32,000 nucleotides of DNA from Candidatus Saccharimonadota bacterium (GTDB taxonomy: Bacteria; Patescibacteriota; Saccharimonadia; Saccharimonadales; Saccharimonadaceae). Every line of letters starts with the position of its first letter. Position 1 is the stretch's first letter. Shown in pieces: positions 8,096 through 16,163 of the stretch. The stretch is taken from NCBI GenBank assembly GCA_039920285.1, contig JBDSDX010000001.1, forward strand, positions 630,001 through 662,000. The letters are read 5' to 3'. A model generated the notes under the pieces. It worked only from the letters and a program-made list of their open reading frames with translations, did not search any database and had not been told where the DNA came from. Both the position numbers and the translations under genes were made by a program.

Positions 8096-8271
8096 TTTTG
8101 ACGAAGAGATAAAACAAGAAAGATTTTGCGTCTACTACTCAAGAAATTCGTGAATTATTAGATAAGACCACTTCCGATGTGTTACTTACGAGCTGAACCT
8201 ATGTATCATATAGTATACTGCCCTTAGCAGTGACCCCTCATTTCTCAGAAGCTAACATAATTCAACCTTAC

Positions 8272-8568
8272 CTAGCGCTGATACTCTTCTATTACATCGA
8301 CGCTGCCACCATAGGGAATATTCGGACTCTTTTTTGCAATCTCAACTGCAGCATCAAGCGACTCAGCTTCAACCATAGATGCGCCTCGAAAGTTGCCACT
8401 ATAATCGGCTATTCCATCAGAAGAAACAACTTTCCCCGTAGAGCCTTTAAGACCGTATTGTTCGTGAAGATTAGTACTCCAGATACGCCATGCCTGGCGA
8501 TTCTCCTGAACTCTGTCAGATGGTATTGGGTCTGGGCCCGATCGGTATATAAAGATATATGATCTCAT
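8272..8568 (-). CDS. YciI/DGPF-like small protein
   Basis: 98 aa. The pattern MRSYIFIY...W..W...L...G...V...GASMVEAESLDAAVEIAKKSP...GGSVDV resembles YCII-related domain proteins. It starts 25 nt after the tRNA-Gln 3' end. Confidence 0.55.
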   Translation of the reverse strand: MRSYIFIYRSGPDPIPSDRVQENRQAWRIWSTNLHEQYGLKGSTGKVVSSDGIADYSGNFRGASMVEAESLDAAVEIAKKSPNIPYGGSVDVIEEYQR

Positions 8569-8574
8569 ATAATG

Positions 8575-8583
8575 ATTATAGCA
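8575..8583 (-). promoter_or_regulatory. Extended -10 TGCTATAAT, 6 nt from ATG 8568
   Basis: The reverse strand reads TGCTATAAT-cattat-ATG. This spacing implies a leaderless transcript. Confidence 0.45.
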
Positions 8584-8592
8584 TAGGATTCT

Positions 8593-8667
8593 TGGCTGGG
8601 ATGGAGGGATTCGAACCCCCGAATGCTGGTACCAGAAACCAGTGCCTTACCACTTGGCGACATCCCA
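8593..8667 (-). tRNA. tRNA-Gln (anticodon CUG)
   Basis: Manual cloverleaf: TGGGATG-TC-GCCA-AGTGGTAA-GGCA-CTGGT-TTCTGGT-ACCAG-CATTC-GGGGG-TTCGAAT-CCCTC-CATCCCA-G-CCA. It has a U1:A72 pair, discriminator G and an encoded CCA. It closely parallels E. coli tRNA-Gln. Confidence 0.92.
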
Positions 8668-8690
8668 AAGCTCACATTATTTTACCACAG

Positions 8691-9956
8691 CTAAGGGGTT
8701 AACGTATCGACATTCTCGACGACGGATTTTTTGACGTCGGCTGTTTCAAGCTGACGATTCGCCAAGAACAAGAAGGGAATCGCAAAGAGTTGGATGATTC
8801 CAGCCACCGCATACGAGGTTGCATAACCGTGTATATCAGCGACCTTACCGAGCCCTGGTTGGCTCACCACGCCGCCACTTGAACCAAGTAGTGAATCGAA
8901 CGACAAGACGGTCGCACGTTGTTTACTGGGGATGAGGTCATTCAGATATGCTTGGCGGACCGGCATCACCGAAGCACCGATAAGCCCCCAGAGCACGACC
9001 ATTAAAATAACGAGATAGAAGTTCGGCATGAAGTAGAGTGCGATTAATATAAAGGCGCTGAGTGTTGTGCCGATGAGTAAAATTGATGTCCTCTTTTTAA
9101 ACAGACGACGAATAGTCGGAACTAATAGGCCGCCAACGATCTGCGCACCGGCTACAACTGCCGCAGCGAGTCCAGCGATCCAATAGGCCTTTTCATCGCC
9201 ATAAAGATTCAGAAGATATGGCTGAAGCGCATAGAATACATATATACTGACGCCCGAAATAAACGGCGCAGCGATCATCACCCAACGAACAGCTGGTTTT
9301 CCGAAACCATACTTCACCGATGTGACCAAGATACCTTTAATAGCTTTTGAATATTTCACACCTTTTTCAGGTGAGAAGCCGAGGTCTTTCATAAAAAGGA
9401 ATGCGACAATAAAGGTCACGACGAGAAGCCCAGCTCGAACAATATAGGGGACACCGAGGTTGCTAAACTGAGCAATCAACCCACCACCAACCGAACCGAG
9501 CAACATCGCGATGCCACCAACAACTTGGGCTTTACCGAAAACAGTATCGAGTTGGCCTTTATATTTGGTAAATTTGAGTGCATCCACAAGCCAGGCGTCG
9601 GTTGCGCCTGAAAAAAATGTAAACCCAAGCCCTAAAAAGAGTGAAACTACCGCCCAGAGCGCAAATGGTGCATGGGTCCAAGCGAGAACGAGATACAGGA
9701 ACGTCGTGATAGCCAGCGTCAACGTACCGAGCAAGTACGACAGACGACGACCTTTTGCATCCGCAACGACCCCTGTTGGAATTTCAAATAGGACCATTCC
9801 GACAGTAAAAAATGCGTTGGCCGCAAAGGCCTCAACGATGCTTAATCCTGCGTCGAGTAAGAACAATGTGTTGATACCCCAAATGAGTGAGGCGGCCAAT
9901 GTATTGAAGAGATTAAGCGTTAAATACGTACGAATTATCGTTTTAGAGGTCGACAT
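8691..9956 (-). CDS. MFS transporter
   Basis: About 12 hydrophobic helices and MFS motif A (GVVADAKGRR). I prefer ATG 9956 (MSTSKTII..., 421 aa) to the track start at 10037, which overlaps the divergent gene. TATACT lies 6 nt upstream of 9956. Confidence 0.85.
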   Translation of the reverse strand: MSTSKTIIRTYLTLNLFNTLAASLIWGINTLFLLDAGLSIVEAFAANAFFTVGMVLFEIPTGVVADAKGRRLSYLLGTLTLAITTFLYLVLAWTHAPFALWAVVSLFLGLGFTFFSGATDAWLVDALKFTKYKGQLDTVFGKAQVVGGIAMLLGSVGGGLIAQFSNLGVPYIVRAGLLVVTFIVAFLFMKDLGFSPEKGVKYSKAIKGILVTSVKYGFGKPAVRWVMIAAPFISGVSIYVFYALQPYLLNLYGDEKAYWIAGLAAAVVAGAQIVGGLLVPTIRRLFKKRTSILLIGTTLSAFILIALYFMPNFYLVILMVVLWGLIGASVMPVRQAYLNDLIPSKQRATVLSFDSLLGSSGGVVSQPGLGKVADIHGYATSYAVAGIIQLFAIPFLFLANRQLETADVKKSVVENVDTLTP

Positions 9957-9978
9957 AGCACCAGTATAGCGCAGACCT

Positions 9979-9987
9979 TGGTATAAT
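9979..9987 (+). promoter_or_regulatory. Extended -10 TGGTATAAT, 6 nt from ATG 9994
   Basis: TGGTATAAT-ggactg-ATG. The divergent MFS gene has TATACT (9963-9968, - strand), also 6 nt from its ATG. Confidence 0.45.
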
Positions 9988-9993
9988 GGACTG

Positions 9994-11295
9994 ATGCGTA
10001 AAAAAGATCTCCCCACCGTTACTGTGACTCTCGACAAAATTGTTGGAGGTGGTCAGGCAATGGGGACCATGGAAGATGGTAGAAAACTCTTTGTTTGGGG
10101 TGGCTTGCCTAGCGAAACCGTCGAAGTACAACTCACTAAAAAGAAATCGAAACTTGCTGAGGGCTACGTCACCTCTGTAACCAAAGCCAGCAAAGAACGT
10201 GTGGAACCACGCGACGAAGAAAGTTACATTTCCACCAGTCCATGGCAAATTATGTCGCTCGAAAGTGAACAAATCTATAAAGCAGCACTTATTAAAGAAG
10301 CCTTCGCTCTCCACGACATTACGTTACCAAACGATGTCACACTATTTACTGACGGCAAAGACTATGAATATCGCAACAAGGTTGAGTTTAGCTGGTGGGT
10401 TGATGCCGAAACGCGTTATCTCGACCTCGCTTTCTTCCGCCGTGGCACCCATGGCAAGATTCCTATTCAGGATACGTCACTTGCACACCCAGCCATCAAC
10501 GAAGCTGGTCAAGCCATTCGCGATCTTTTGATCAAAAAAGGTATCAGCGGCTTCGACCTGAAGACACTGTTGGTCCGTTGTGACGCAAACGGAAATGTTG
10601 TTGCACAACTATATGTAAAGACCGAAGAATTCCGTCGTCCCTCAGATCAAGATCTTGAAGCATTGCCGATTAAAGGCTTTGAACTCATCTTTAGTAATCC
10701 AAAAAGTCCTGCCAGCGTCATTACGAAGCGACTATTTAGCTGGGGAGAGACGACCTTATCTGACACGATTTTGAACGTACCATTTACCTACGCGACTGAA
10801 GGTTTCTTCCAGATCAACCTACCTGTCTACAGCCAAGCCCTCACTGACATGAAGGAATGGGTCACACCAGGGAAGCCTGTTATCGACTTATATAGTGGTG
10901 TCGGCACTATCGGTCTTACTATCGGTGGCGACAACGTTACGCTCGTCGAGCTCAACGAATCGGCGGTGCGTGAAATGAAAGAAAATATTACCTCACTCAA
11001 ACGCGACGCTACCGCCAAAGCAATCCTTGCAGCCAGCGAAAAAGCACTCGAATATATTCACAGTACCGACCTTGTCATCGTTGACCCGCCGCGTGCTGGC
11101 CTCCACCAAGATGTCATCGTACAATTACTGGCTGAGCTGCCTGAGCGAATTATTTACTTATCATGCAACCCTGTCACACAAGCTCGTGACATCATGTTGC
11201 TCGCAGAGAAGTATGAGATTAAACATCACCAAGGCTACAACTTCTTCCCACGCACTCCACATATCGAACATCTCGTTATTTTAGATAAAAAATAA
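9994..11295 (+). CDS. TrmA/RumA-family RNA (uracil-5)-methyltransferase
   Basis: 433 aa. N-terminal TRAM-like region, SAM-fold motifs DLYSGVGTIGL and VDPPRAGL, and catalytic Cys motif YLSCNP. It lacks the RumA Fe-S cysteines. Confidence 0.85.
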   Translation: MRKKDLPTVTVTLDKIVGGGQAMGTMEDGRKLFVWGGLPSETVEVQLTKKKSKLAEGYVTSVTKASKERVEPRDEESYISTSPWQIMSLESEQIYKAALIKEAFALHDITLPNDVTLFTDGKDYEYRNKVEFSWWVDAETRYLDLAFFRRGTHGKIPIQDTSLAHPAINEAGQAIRDLLIKKGISGFDLKTLLVRCDANGNVVAQLYVKTEEFRRPSDQDLEALPIKGFELIFSNPKSPASVITKRLFSWGETTLSDTILNVPFTYATEGFFQINLPVYSQALTDMKEWVTPGKPVIDLYSGVGTIGLTIGGDNVTLVELNESAVREMKENITSLKRDATAKAILAASEKALEYIHSTDLVIVDPPRAGLHQDVIVQLLAELPERIIYLSCNPVTQARDIMLLAEKYEIKHHQGYNFFPRTPHIEHLVILDKK

Positions 11296-11329
11296 ACCCA
11301 CCGTTAGGTAAGTAGTCGAGGCGCGGCCC

Positions 11330-11351
11330 GGGTGAGCCCGAAGGCCCACCC
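11330..11351. terminator. GC-rich stem-loop between convergent genes
   Basis: GGGTGaGCC-CGAA-GGCcCACCC (8 bp plus one mismatch). No T-run. Confidence 0.3.
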
Positions 11352-11363
11352 AGACACGCACCT

Positions 11364-11717
11364 CTAGTGGGGATGCTTGCGCTCCTGTGCGCGTTCATAA
11401 CTCTTGTGGACACAGTCCACGAAGGCTTTGAACACGCAACTAACAGCGACGATGATCAGAATCCACTCGATGAGTGAGACCCAGATGGCGCCATCACTGG
11501 CATCCGTGCGGTTGATTATCTTCGCGAAGTTCGCGTAGACATCACCCTTGAGCATGTCGATTGCAAGCGCAACAGCCATCACCGCTGCGAGTATCCCAAT
11601 GATCGGAATCCGCAACTGGAGGCCATTATTCTTCACACCCCACACTGTTAATGCGACCAACGCAAAGATGGCAAGTACCGCCACCAGCATGATCACCTCA
11701 ATCAACGCCGTATCCAT
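11364..11717 (-). CDS. Small hypothetical membrane protein (3 TM)
   Basis: 117 aa. Strong SD GAGGAGGAG immediately upstream of the ATG. Three hydrophobic helices. I recognise no family. Confidence 0.55.
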   Translation of the reverse strand: MDTALIEVIMLVAVLAIFALVALTVWGVKNNGLQLRIPIIGILAAVMAVALAIDMLKGDVYANFAKIINRTDASDGAIWVSLIEWILIIVAVSCVFKAFVDCVHKSYERAQERKHPH

Positions 11718-11790
11718 TGCTCCTCCTCAGGGGTGTTTGGGGTCGTTATATCTATATTATAGCATAATTACATAAATAATTCAATCATGC

Positions 11791-11819
11791 TGGACAAAAG
11801 ATCGAGCTTGTGCTACAAT
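11791..11819 (+). promoter_or_regulatory. Sigma-70-like promoter for the DEAD-box helicase
   Basis: TGGACA, 17-nt spacer, TGC-TACAAT (extended -10). It predicts a ~120-nt 5' UTR with several small hairpins before SD AAGGGGAG. Confidence 0.45.
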
Positions 11820-11946
11820 AAACCCATTGCATCCGAATGGATACCGTCTCTATCTCATCTGAATAGATATCAAAAGGTTCTCGCTGTTCGTCTGCAGCGC
11901 AATCACATCTATTTATAATGCCCCGAAAAGGGGAGACAGGACTTTA

Positions 11947-13191
11947 ATGTCATTTCGAAACTCATCACCTTCTAACTCACGATCACGTACTAGTCGTCCA
12001 GGCCAGGGAAACAACCGTTCATTCGGTCCTCCTCGACATGCCCAACGAAGTGGTGGCAACCGTCGTGGTGCTTACATTCACCCAAGCAAGTTTATCAACA
12101 AAGCCGTTGCTGCAGCTGAAGAAGTTGTCTACGAAGCGAAGCACAAGTTTACTGACTTTGCTTTGAGCGAAGCACTCCAACAGAACATCCGCGACAAGGG
12201 CTATACTATCCCAAGCGCGATCCAAGACCAAGCGATTCCATTTATCCTTGATGGAAAAGATGTTATCGGACTTGCGAACACTGGTACTGGTAAGACAGCT
12301 GCCTTTGCTTTGCCTATTATTCAAAACCTCGACCGTAACGCGCAGACCCCTGCAGTTCTGATCATGGCGCCAACTCGTGAACTTGCTCAGCAAATTGACG
12401 AACAGTTCCGCCAATACGGTAAGGGCCTCGGCTTTTACTCTGCAATTTGTGTCGGTGGTATGAACATCGACCGTCAAATCCGTGACCTTCGACGTAAACC
12501 GCACGTCATTATTGGTACTCCAGGACGCCTGAAGGACCTTATGAAGCGTAACGAACTCAAACTTGACCACATCTCAGTTGTCGTCCTCGACGAAGCTGAC
12601 CGTATGATGGACATGGGATTTGTCGATGACATGAAACTTATCCTTGGTTTGACTCCAAAGTCTCGTCAAACACTATTCTTTAGTGCGACGATTACGCCAA
12701 GTATTCAAATCTTGGTTCAACAATTCCTCCGTGACCCTGAAACTGTCTCTGTCCGTACTGCTGAAACAAGCGAACACGTCGAACAAGACATCATCGAGTC
12801 TCCAACCAAAGAAGCGAAACTTGAGATTCTGACTGAAATGCTTAAAGCAAGTGACTTTGAAAAAGTCCTCGTCTTTGGTGAAACAAAGTTTGGTGTCCAA
12901 CGCTTAAGTGACCACCTCGAACGCGAAGGCTTTACGTCTGCAGCAATCCACGGTAACAAGTCACAATCACAGCGCCAACGTGCTCTAAAGGCTTTCAAAG
13001 ACAACAAGGTAAAGATCTTGGTTGCAACTGACGTTGCTGCTCGTGGTTTGGACATTCCAAACGTGAGCCACGTCATCAACTTCGACCAACCTGCGTCATA
13101 CGAAGACTACATTCACCGTATCGGCCGTACCGGTCGTGGTGGTGCAAGCGGTAAAGCATTTACCTTCGTTCCGACTCAACACAACCGTTAA
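11947..13191 (+). CDS. DEAD-box ATP-dependent RNA helicase
   Basis: 414 aa. Q motif (GYTIPSAIQ), Walker A NTGTGKTAAF, PTRELA, DEAD, SAT, HRIGRTGRGG. It has an Arg/Ser/Gly-rich N-terminal extension. Confidence 0.92.
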   Translation: MSFRNSSPSNSRSRTSRPGQGNNRSFGPPRHAQRSGGNRRGAYIHPSKFINKAVAAAEEVVYEAKHKFTDFALSEALQQNIRDKGYTIPSAIQDQAIPFILDGKDVIGLANTGTGKTAAFALPIIQNLDRNAQTPAVLIMAPTRELAQQIDEQFRQYGKGLGFYSAICVGGMNIDRQIRDLRRKPHVIIGTPGRLKDLMKRNELKLDHISVVVLDEADRMMDMGFVDDMKLILGLTPKSRQTLFFSATITPSIQILVQQFLRDPETVSVRTAETSEHVEQDIIESPTKEAKLEILTEMLKASDFEKVLVFGETKFGVQRLSDHLEREGFTSAAIHGNKSQSQRQRALKAFKDNKVKILVATDVAARGLDIPNVSHVINFDQPASYEDYIHRIGRTGRGGASGKAFTFVPTQHNR

Positions 13192-13235
13192 ATTTCGCTC
13201 TCCTACTAAATTCTATTTGTGATTGCGTTTATGTT

Positions 13236-13244
13236 TGTTAAAAT
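13236..13244 (+). promoter_or_regulatory. Extended -10 TGTTAAAAT, 6 nt from ATG 13251
   Basis: TGTTAAAAT-aaatgt-ATG. Confidence 0.4.
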
Positions 13245-13250
13245 AAATGT

Positions 13251-14924
13251 ATGCGCAAGCTGAGATGGGGCTTTACTTTAGTAGAATTGATTGTCGTAAT
13301 CGCGACTATAGGTATCTTAGCGACAATTGCCGTCATCGGTTTATCTCGTTATCAAGCAGACACGCGCGACGCCCGTCGCGCGTCAAGCATTTCTGTCATT
13401 TCTGAAGCACTTGAAAAATATTATGACAACAACGGAGAATACCCGAGTTGTTCATCAATCAAGAGCTCGGCAACAACAGTTGTCACCTCAACCCTCGTTG
13501 GTATCGACAAAACCGCCCTTGTTGCACCTCAAGCCGATACAACACCGAGTGCAAATTCACTTCAATGTACCAGTGATGGAGCATTATTAACCGCCAATGG
13601 GACGGATTTCTTTGAATACACCGGAGATAACAGTGTCGCCTGTAATACCAACATCTCATGTCTTCAGTACACGCTGAAATACAAAGAAGAAGCTACAGGA
13701 GCTGTTAAAACAGTGACAAGTCGTCGCAATACATCGATTTCTACTTCTGGTGCCTCGACACTCTCAGCTTCAAACATCAGCTTTGCGAGTGTCGACTTAT
13801 CCTGGACTGATGTGAGTAACGCGACGAAGTATACACTCCAGCAAAGTACAAACGCCAGCTTCCCTCAAGATGTGTCGACCATAACGACCGCAGATATCAA
13901 CGGCACATCACAGTCAGTCAGTGGTTTGACTTCAAATACATCATACTTCTTCAGAGTCCGTTCGGATGCAGTCGGAAGTACTGGAAATTGGTCAAATACA
14001 CTTCCCGTCACAACACTTCTCTTATCAAACCCGACAGGGTGTGTTGCAACTGCCAACTCAAGCTCTCAAATCACCGCGAACTGTAATACAGTAGCCAATG
14101 CCTCAACCTACGACGTCCGCTATTCATTGGACAGCACCTTTGGTTCAGGTGTAACGTCATTTACAGGACTGGCGAGCCCTACGAAAGTGGTCACTGGACT
14201 CGCAGTGGGAACTCAGTACTTCTTCCAAATGCGGGCCGTCGCTCCAACCGTCACTGGTTCATGGTCATCTACCTTTAACGCCACGACAATCGTTCCTGTA
14301 CCTACCTGTACAGCCTCGACCGTCAACTCTAATACCCAAATCACGGTTAGTTGGAACACGGTAGCTGTTGCGACGAGCTATACATTGCAATACGCCACAA
14401 ACTCTGGGTTTACTGGTGCAACAACTGTTAGCGGTATCGTTACCACCAGTAAAGCCATACCTGGGCTCAACAATGGCACAACGTATTACTTCAAAGTTGC
14501 CGCGCTCAACGGCTCTACCTCAAGTTTGTACGGTGCCTGTCCGTCTGCAACAACAGGAGTAAACGGTCCAAGTAGTGTTGGCTGGTCTGCCGAAGCCTAC
14601 ATGGTGCGTGCCCGTGCTGGCCTTCCATGGATGCCTGGCGCTGACCCTGGATATGGCTCAACATTCTACACAAACGGTATGTATATTACCGGAACCTGCT
14701 CACCAGGTGCAACAGTTGTAACGAGACTGTACTCATACTATGCATACTCGAATAACACGTCACCAAATAATGCGACTCTCATGGACTGGACATGGGGCAC
14801 GCAAGACCGCTACGTCGTTGGGGGAAGTGGTAGCTGGCAGGTCTGGTGGCAAGGATGGGTTGCTTGTCAGGTTGGAGGCACTCGTGCGGGAGATACATAT
14901 CTAGGAAATGCGGGGCCATACTAA
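13251..14924 (+). CDS. Type IV prepilin-like N-terminus fused to three fibronectin-III-like repeats and a Trp-rich C-terminal domain
   Basis: 557 aa. RWG|FTLVELIVVIATIGILATIAV is a prepilin motif with Glu+5. Three ~87-aa repeats (aa ~168-435, nt 13752-14555) each show SW(T/N)..V..A(T/S)(K/S)Y.(L)Q ... L...T.YFF(R/Q/K)V.A ... S. The C-terminus is rich in W/G/Y. Confidence 0.8.
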   Translation: MRKLRWGFTLVELIVVIATIGILATIAVIGLSRYQADTRDARRASSISVISEALEKYYDNNGEYPSCSSIKSSATTVVTSTLVGIDKTALVAPQADTTPSANSLQCTSDGALLTANGTDFFEYTGDNSVACNTNISCLQYTLKYKEEATGAVKTVTSRRNTSISTSGASTLSASNISFASVDLSWTDVSNATKYTLQQSTNASFPQDVSTITTADINGTSQSVSGLTSNTSYFFRVRSDAVGSTGNWSNTLPVTTLLLSNPTGCVATANSSSQITANCNTVANASTYDVRYSLDSTFGSGVTSFTGLASPTKVVTGLAVGTQYFFQMRAVAPTVTGSWSSTFNATTIVPVPTCTASTVNSNTQITVSWNTVAVATSYTLQYATNSGFTGATTVSGIVTTSKAIPGLNNGTTYYFKVAALNGSTSSLYGACPSATTGVNGPSSVGWSAEAYMVRARAGLPWMPGADPGYGSTFYTNGMYITGTCSPGATVVTRLYSYYAYSNNTSPNNATLMDWTWGTQDRYVVGGSGSWQVWWQGWVACQVGGTRAGDTYLGNAGPY

Positions 14925-15574
14925 TGATGAAAAAAGTACTTATCAGTGTCGGAGTTATCCTTATTGTTGCTGGAATCGCCATCGGTGTCCTTTATTTCAC
15001 GAAGCACTCGACGCAAGTTCCCGCAAACAACACTCCGGTTGTCGTGCCCGTCCCTGATCTTTCAAAAGATTATGGAGCGTGCCGCATTCTTGACGAAACA
15101 TCTATAAAAACTGCCCTAGGTACTATCGCAACCACACTTCAAGCACCGCAAAATATGGGTATAGCACAAGATAAATTAGCTGGTGCTGGTGTCAGTGATA
15201 TTGTTTCAGATTCGCAGGTGTGTATCTATGCGTTTAATACGGGTGGAACAGTTAAGAACGGGTACAACTCAGACAATGCCTTTATCATTCAAGAAACAGC
15301 CTACAGTAACGAGTCTGGTCCAAAATCACTCATTGAACAACAAAAATTGGACCCGACATCAGTGATAATCGAACAGCTGGGCGATGTAGCATTCTATAAC
15401 GCGAGTACTGCCGCCAAAGGACCCGGGGCAATCAATAGTTTTGGACTGCAAGTGTTTACAGGCAAAACATCGGTTGAATACACGATTCATCAATCAGCAG
15501 AAACAGCATCATTCACTAGCGAAACAGGCAAAGCAGCCCTCACACAACTCGCGAAACTTGCCAAACAAGTCTAA
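14924..15574 (+). CDS. Hypothetical membrane-anchored exported protein
   Basis: I prefer the start MMKKVLISVGVILIVAGIAIGVLYF at 14924, which overlaps the upstream stop (TAATG). The 14846 track start would overlap the pilin gene. 216 aa with one N-terminal TM helix. Confidence 0.6.
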   Translation: MMKKVLISVGVILIVAGIAIGVLYFTKHSTQVPANNTPVVVPVPDLSKDYGACRILDETSIKTALGTIATTLQAPQNMGIAQDKLAGAGVSDIVSDSQVCIYAFNTGGTVKNGYNSDNAFIIQETAYSNESGPKSLIEQQKLDPTSVIIEQLGDVAFYNASTAAKGPGAINSFGLQVFTGKTSVEYTIHQSAETASFTSETGKAALTQLAKLAKQV

Positions 15575-15577
15575 CAA

Positions 15578-16075
15578 TTAGCTAGTTTTAATACGTCGAT
15601 ACGTGAATTTGGTACTTTGGCGCCATTCACCAGTACTATCACTATCATATTGATACAAAATACCATTCTTTACTTCTGAAATAAGGATGAGTGCCGGGCT
15701 ATACGGCGTCAATGTTCGATAAAAGATAATATCTTCGTGGTTAATATGGCTTCGTCCAGGAAATACTTCACGAAACTTCGCAGTACCGACTTCATCGAAG
15801 TAGTGAGGACGGCCTTTCGGTGGCATGTAAAGTTCGGCTTTGAGACCAACGCGTGAGACTATTTTTTGAACATCAGATAAAAGCAACTTCGACTGACTCG
15901 AAACATACAGAAAGAGTTGTTTCTTTTTTGTCAGAAAGAGTGTCGCTTCGGCGGTACGGCTGACAGGAAAACGGCGACCAATAACGGCATCAATGTCAAT
16001 ATCAACACCAAACTGACTTTTTGCAATCTTCTCCAGCGCAAAGTCGTCGTAGACTTGTTCATTCATGTCTGTCAT
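15578..16075 (-). CDS. Hypothetical protein
   Basis: I prefer ATG 16075 (MTDMNEQVY..., 165 aa), which has SD AGGGGTGG upstream. The longer track start at 16195 would run through the divergent promoter and the helicase start. I recognise no family. Confidence 0.55.
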   Translation of the reverse strand: MTDMNEQVYDDFALEKIAKSQFGVDIDIDAVIGRRFPVSRTAEATLFLTKKKQLFLYVSSQSKLLLSDVQKIVSRVGLKAELYMPPKGRPHYFDEVGTAKFREVFPGRSHINHEDIIFYRTLTPYSPALILISEVKNGILYQYDSDSTGEWRQSTKFTYRRIKTS

Positions 16076-16147
16076 TGTACCACCCCTGATACCCTTGAAC
16101 AAACTAAGAAGTAGGATATAATCAGCAAATTCATGAGCCGACAGGGG

Positions 16148-16156
16148 TGTTATAAT
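16148..16156 (+). promoter_or_regulatory. Extended -10 TGTTATAAT, 7 nt from ATG 16164
   Basis: TGTTATAAT-aagatta-ATG. A second candidate promoter, TTGAAC-16-TATAAT, lies at 16095-16122. Confidence 0.4.
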
Positions 16157-16163
16157 AAGATTA

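Noticed and set aside
8100-8271. Possible decayed gene remnant between copy D and the YciI-like gene. One frame reads ...DFASTTQEIRELLDKTTSDVLLTS*.
   Set aside because: It has no start codon or SD, is only ~25 codons after an in-frame stop, and has no motif I recognise. I did not call it.
5295-8667. Interpreting the cassette region as a classical integron.
   Set aside because: There is no intI gene. I see no attC-like imperfect palindromes with GTTRRRY cores. One cassette is in the opposite orientation. The repeats are tRNA-derived. I kept it only as an analogy in the main finding.
9943-10314. 123-aa minus-strand ORF, and the long N-terminal extension of the MFS ORF to 10037.
   Set aside because: Both overlap the well-supported RNA methyltransferase gene. 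The MFS has an internal ATG (9956) with a -10 box at leaderless spacing.
12019-13079. Minus-strand ORFs of 183, 75 and 120 aa opposite the DEAD-box helicase.
   Set aside because: They are antisense shadows. The + frame has all DEAD-box motifs.
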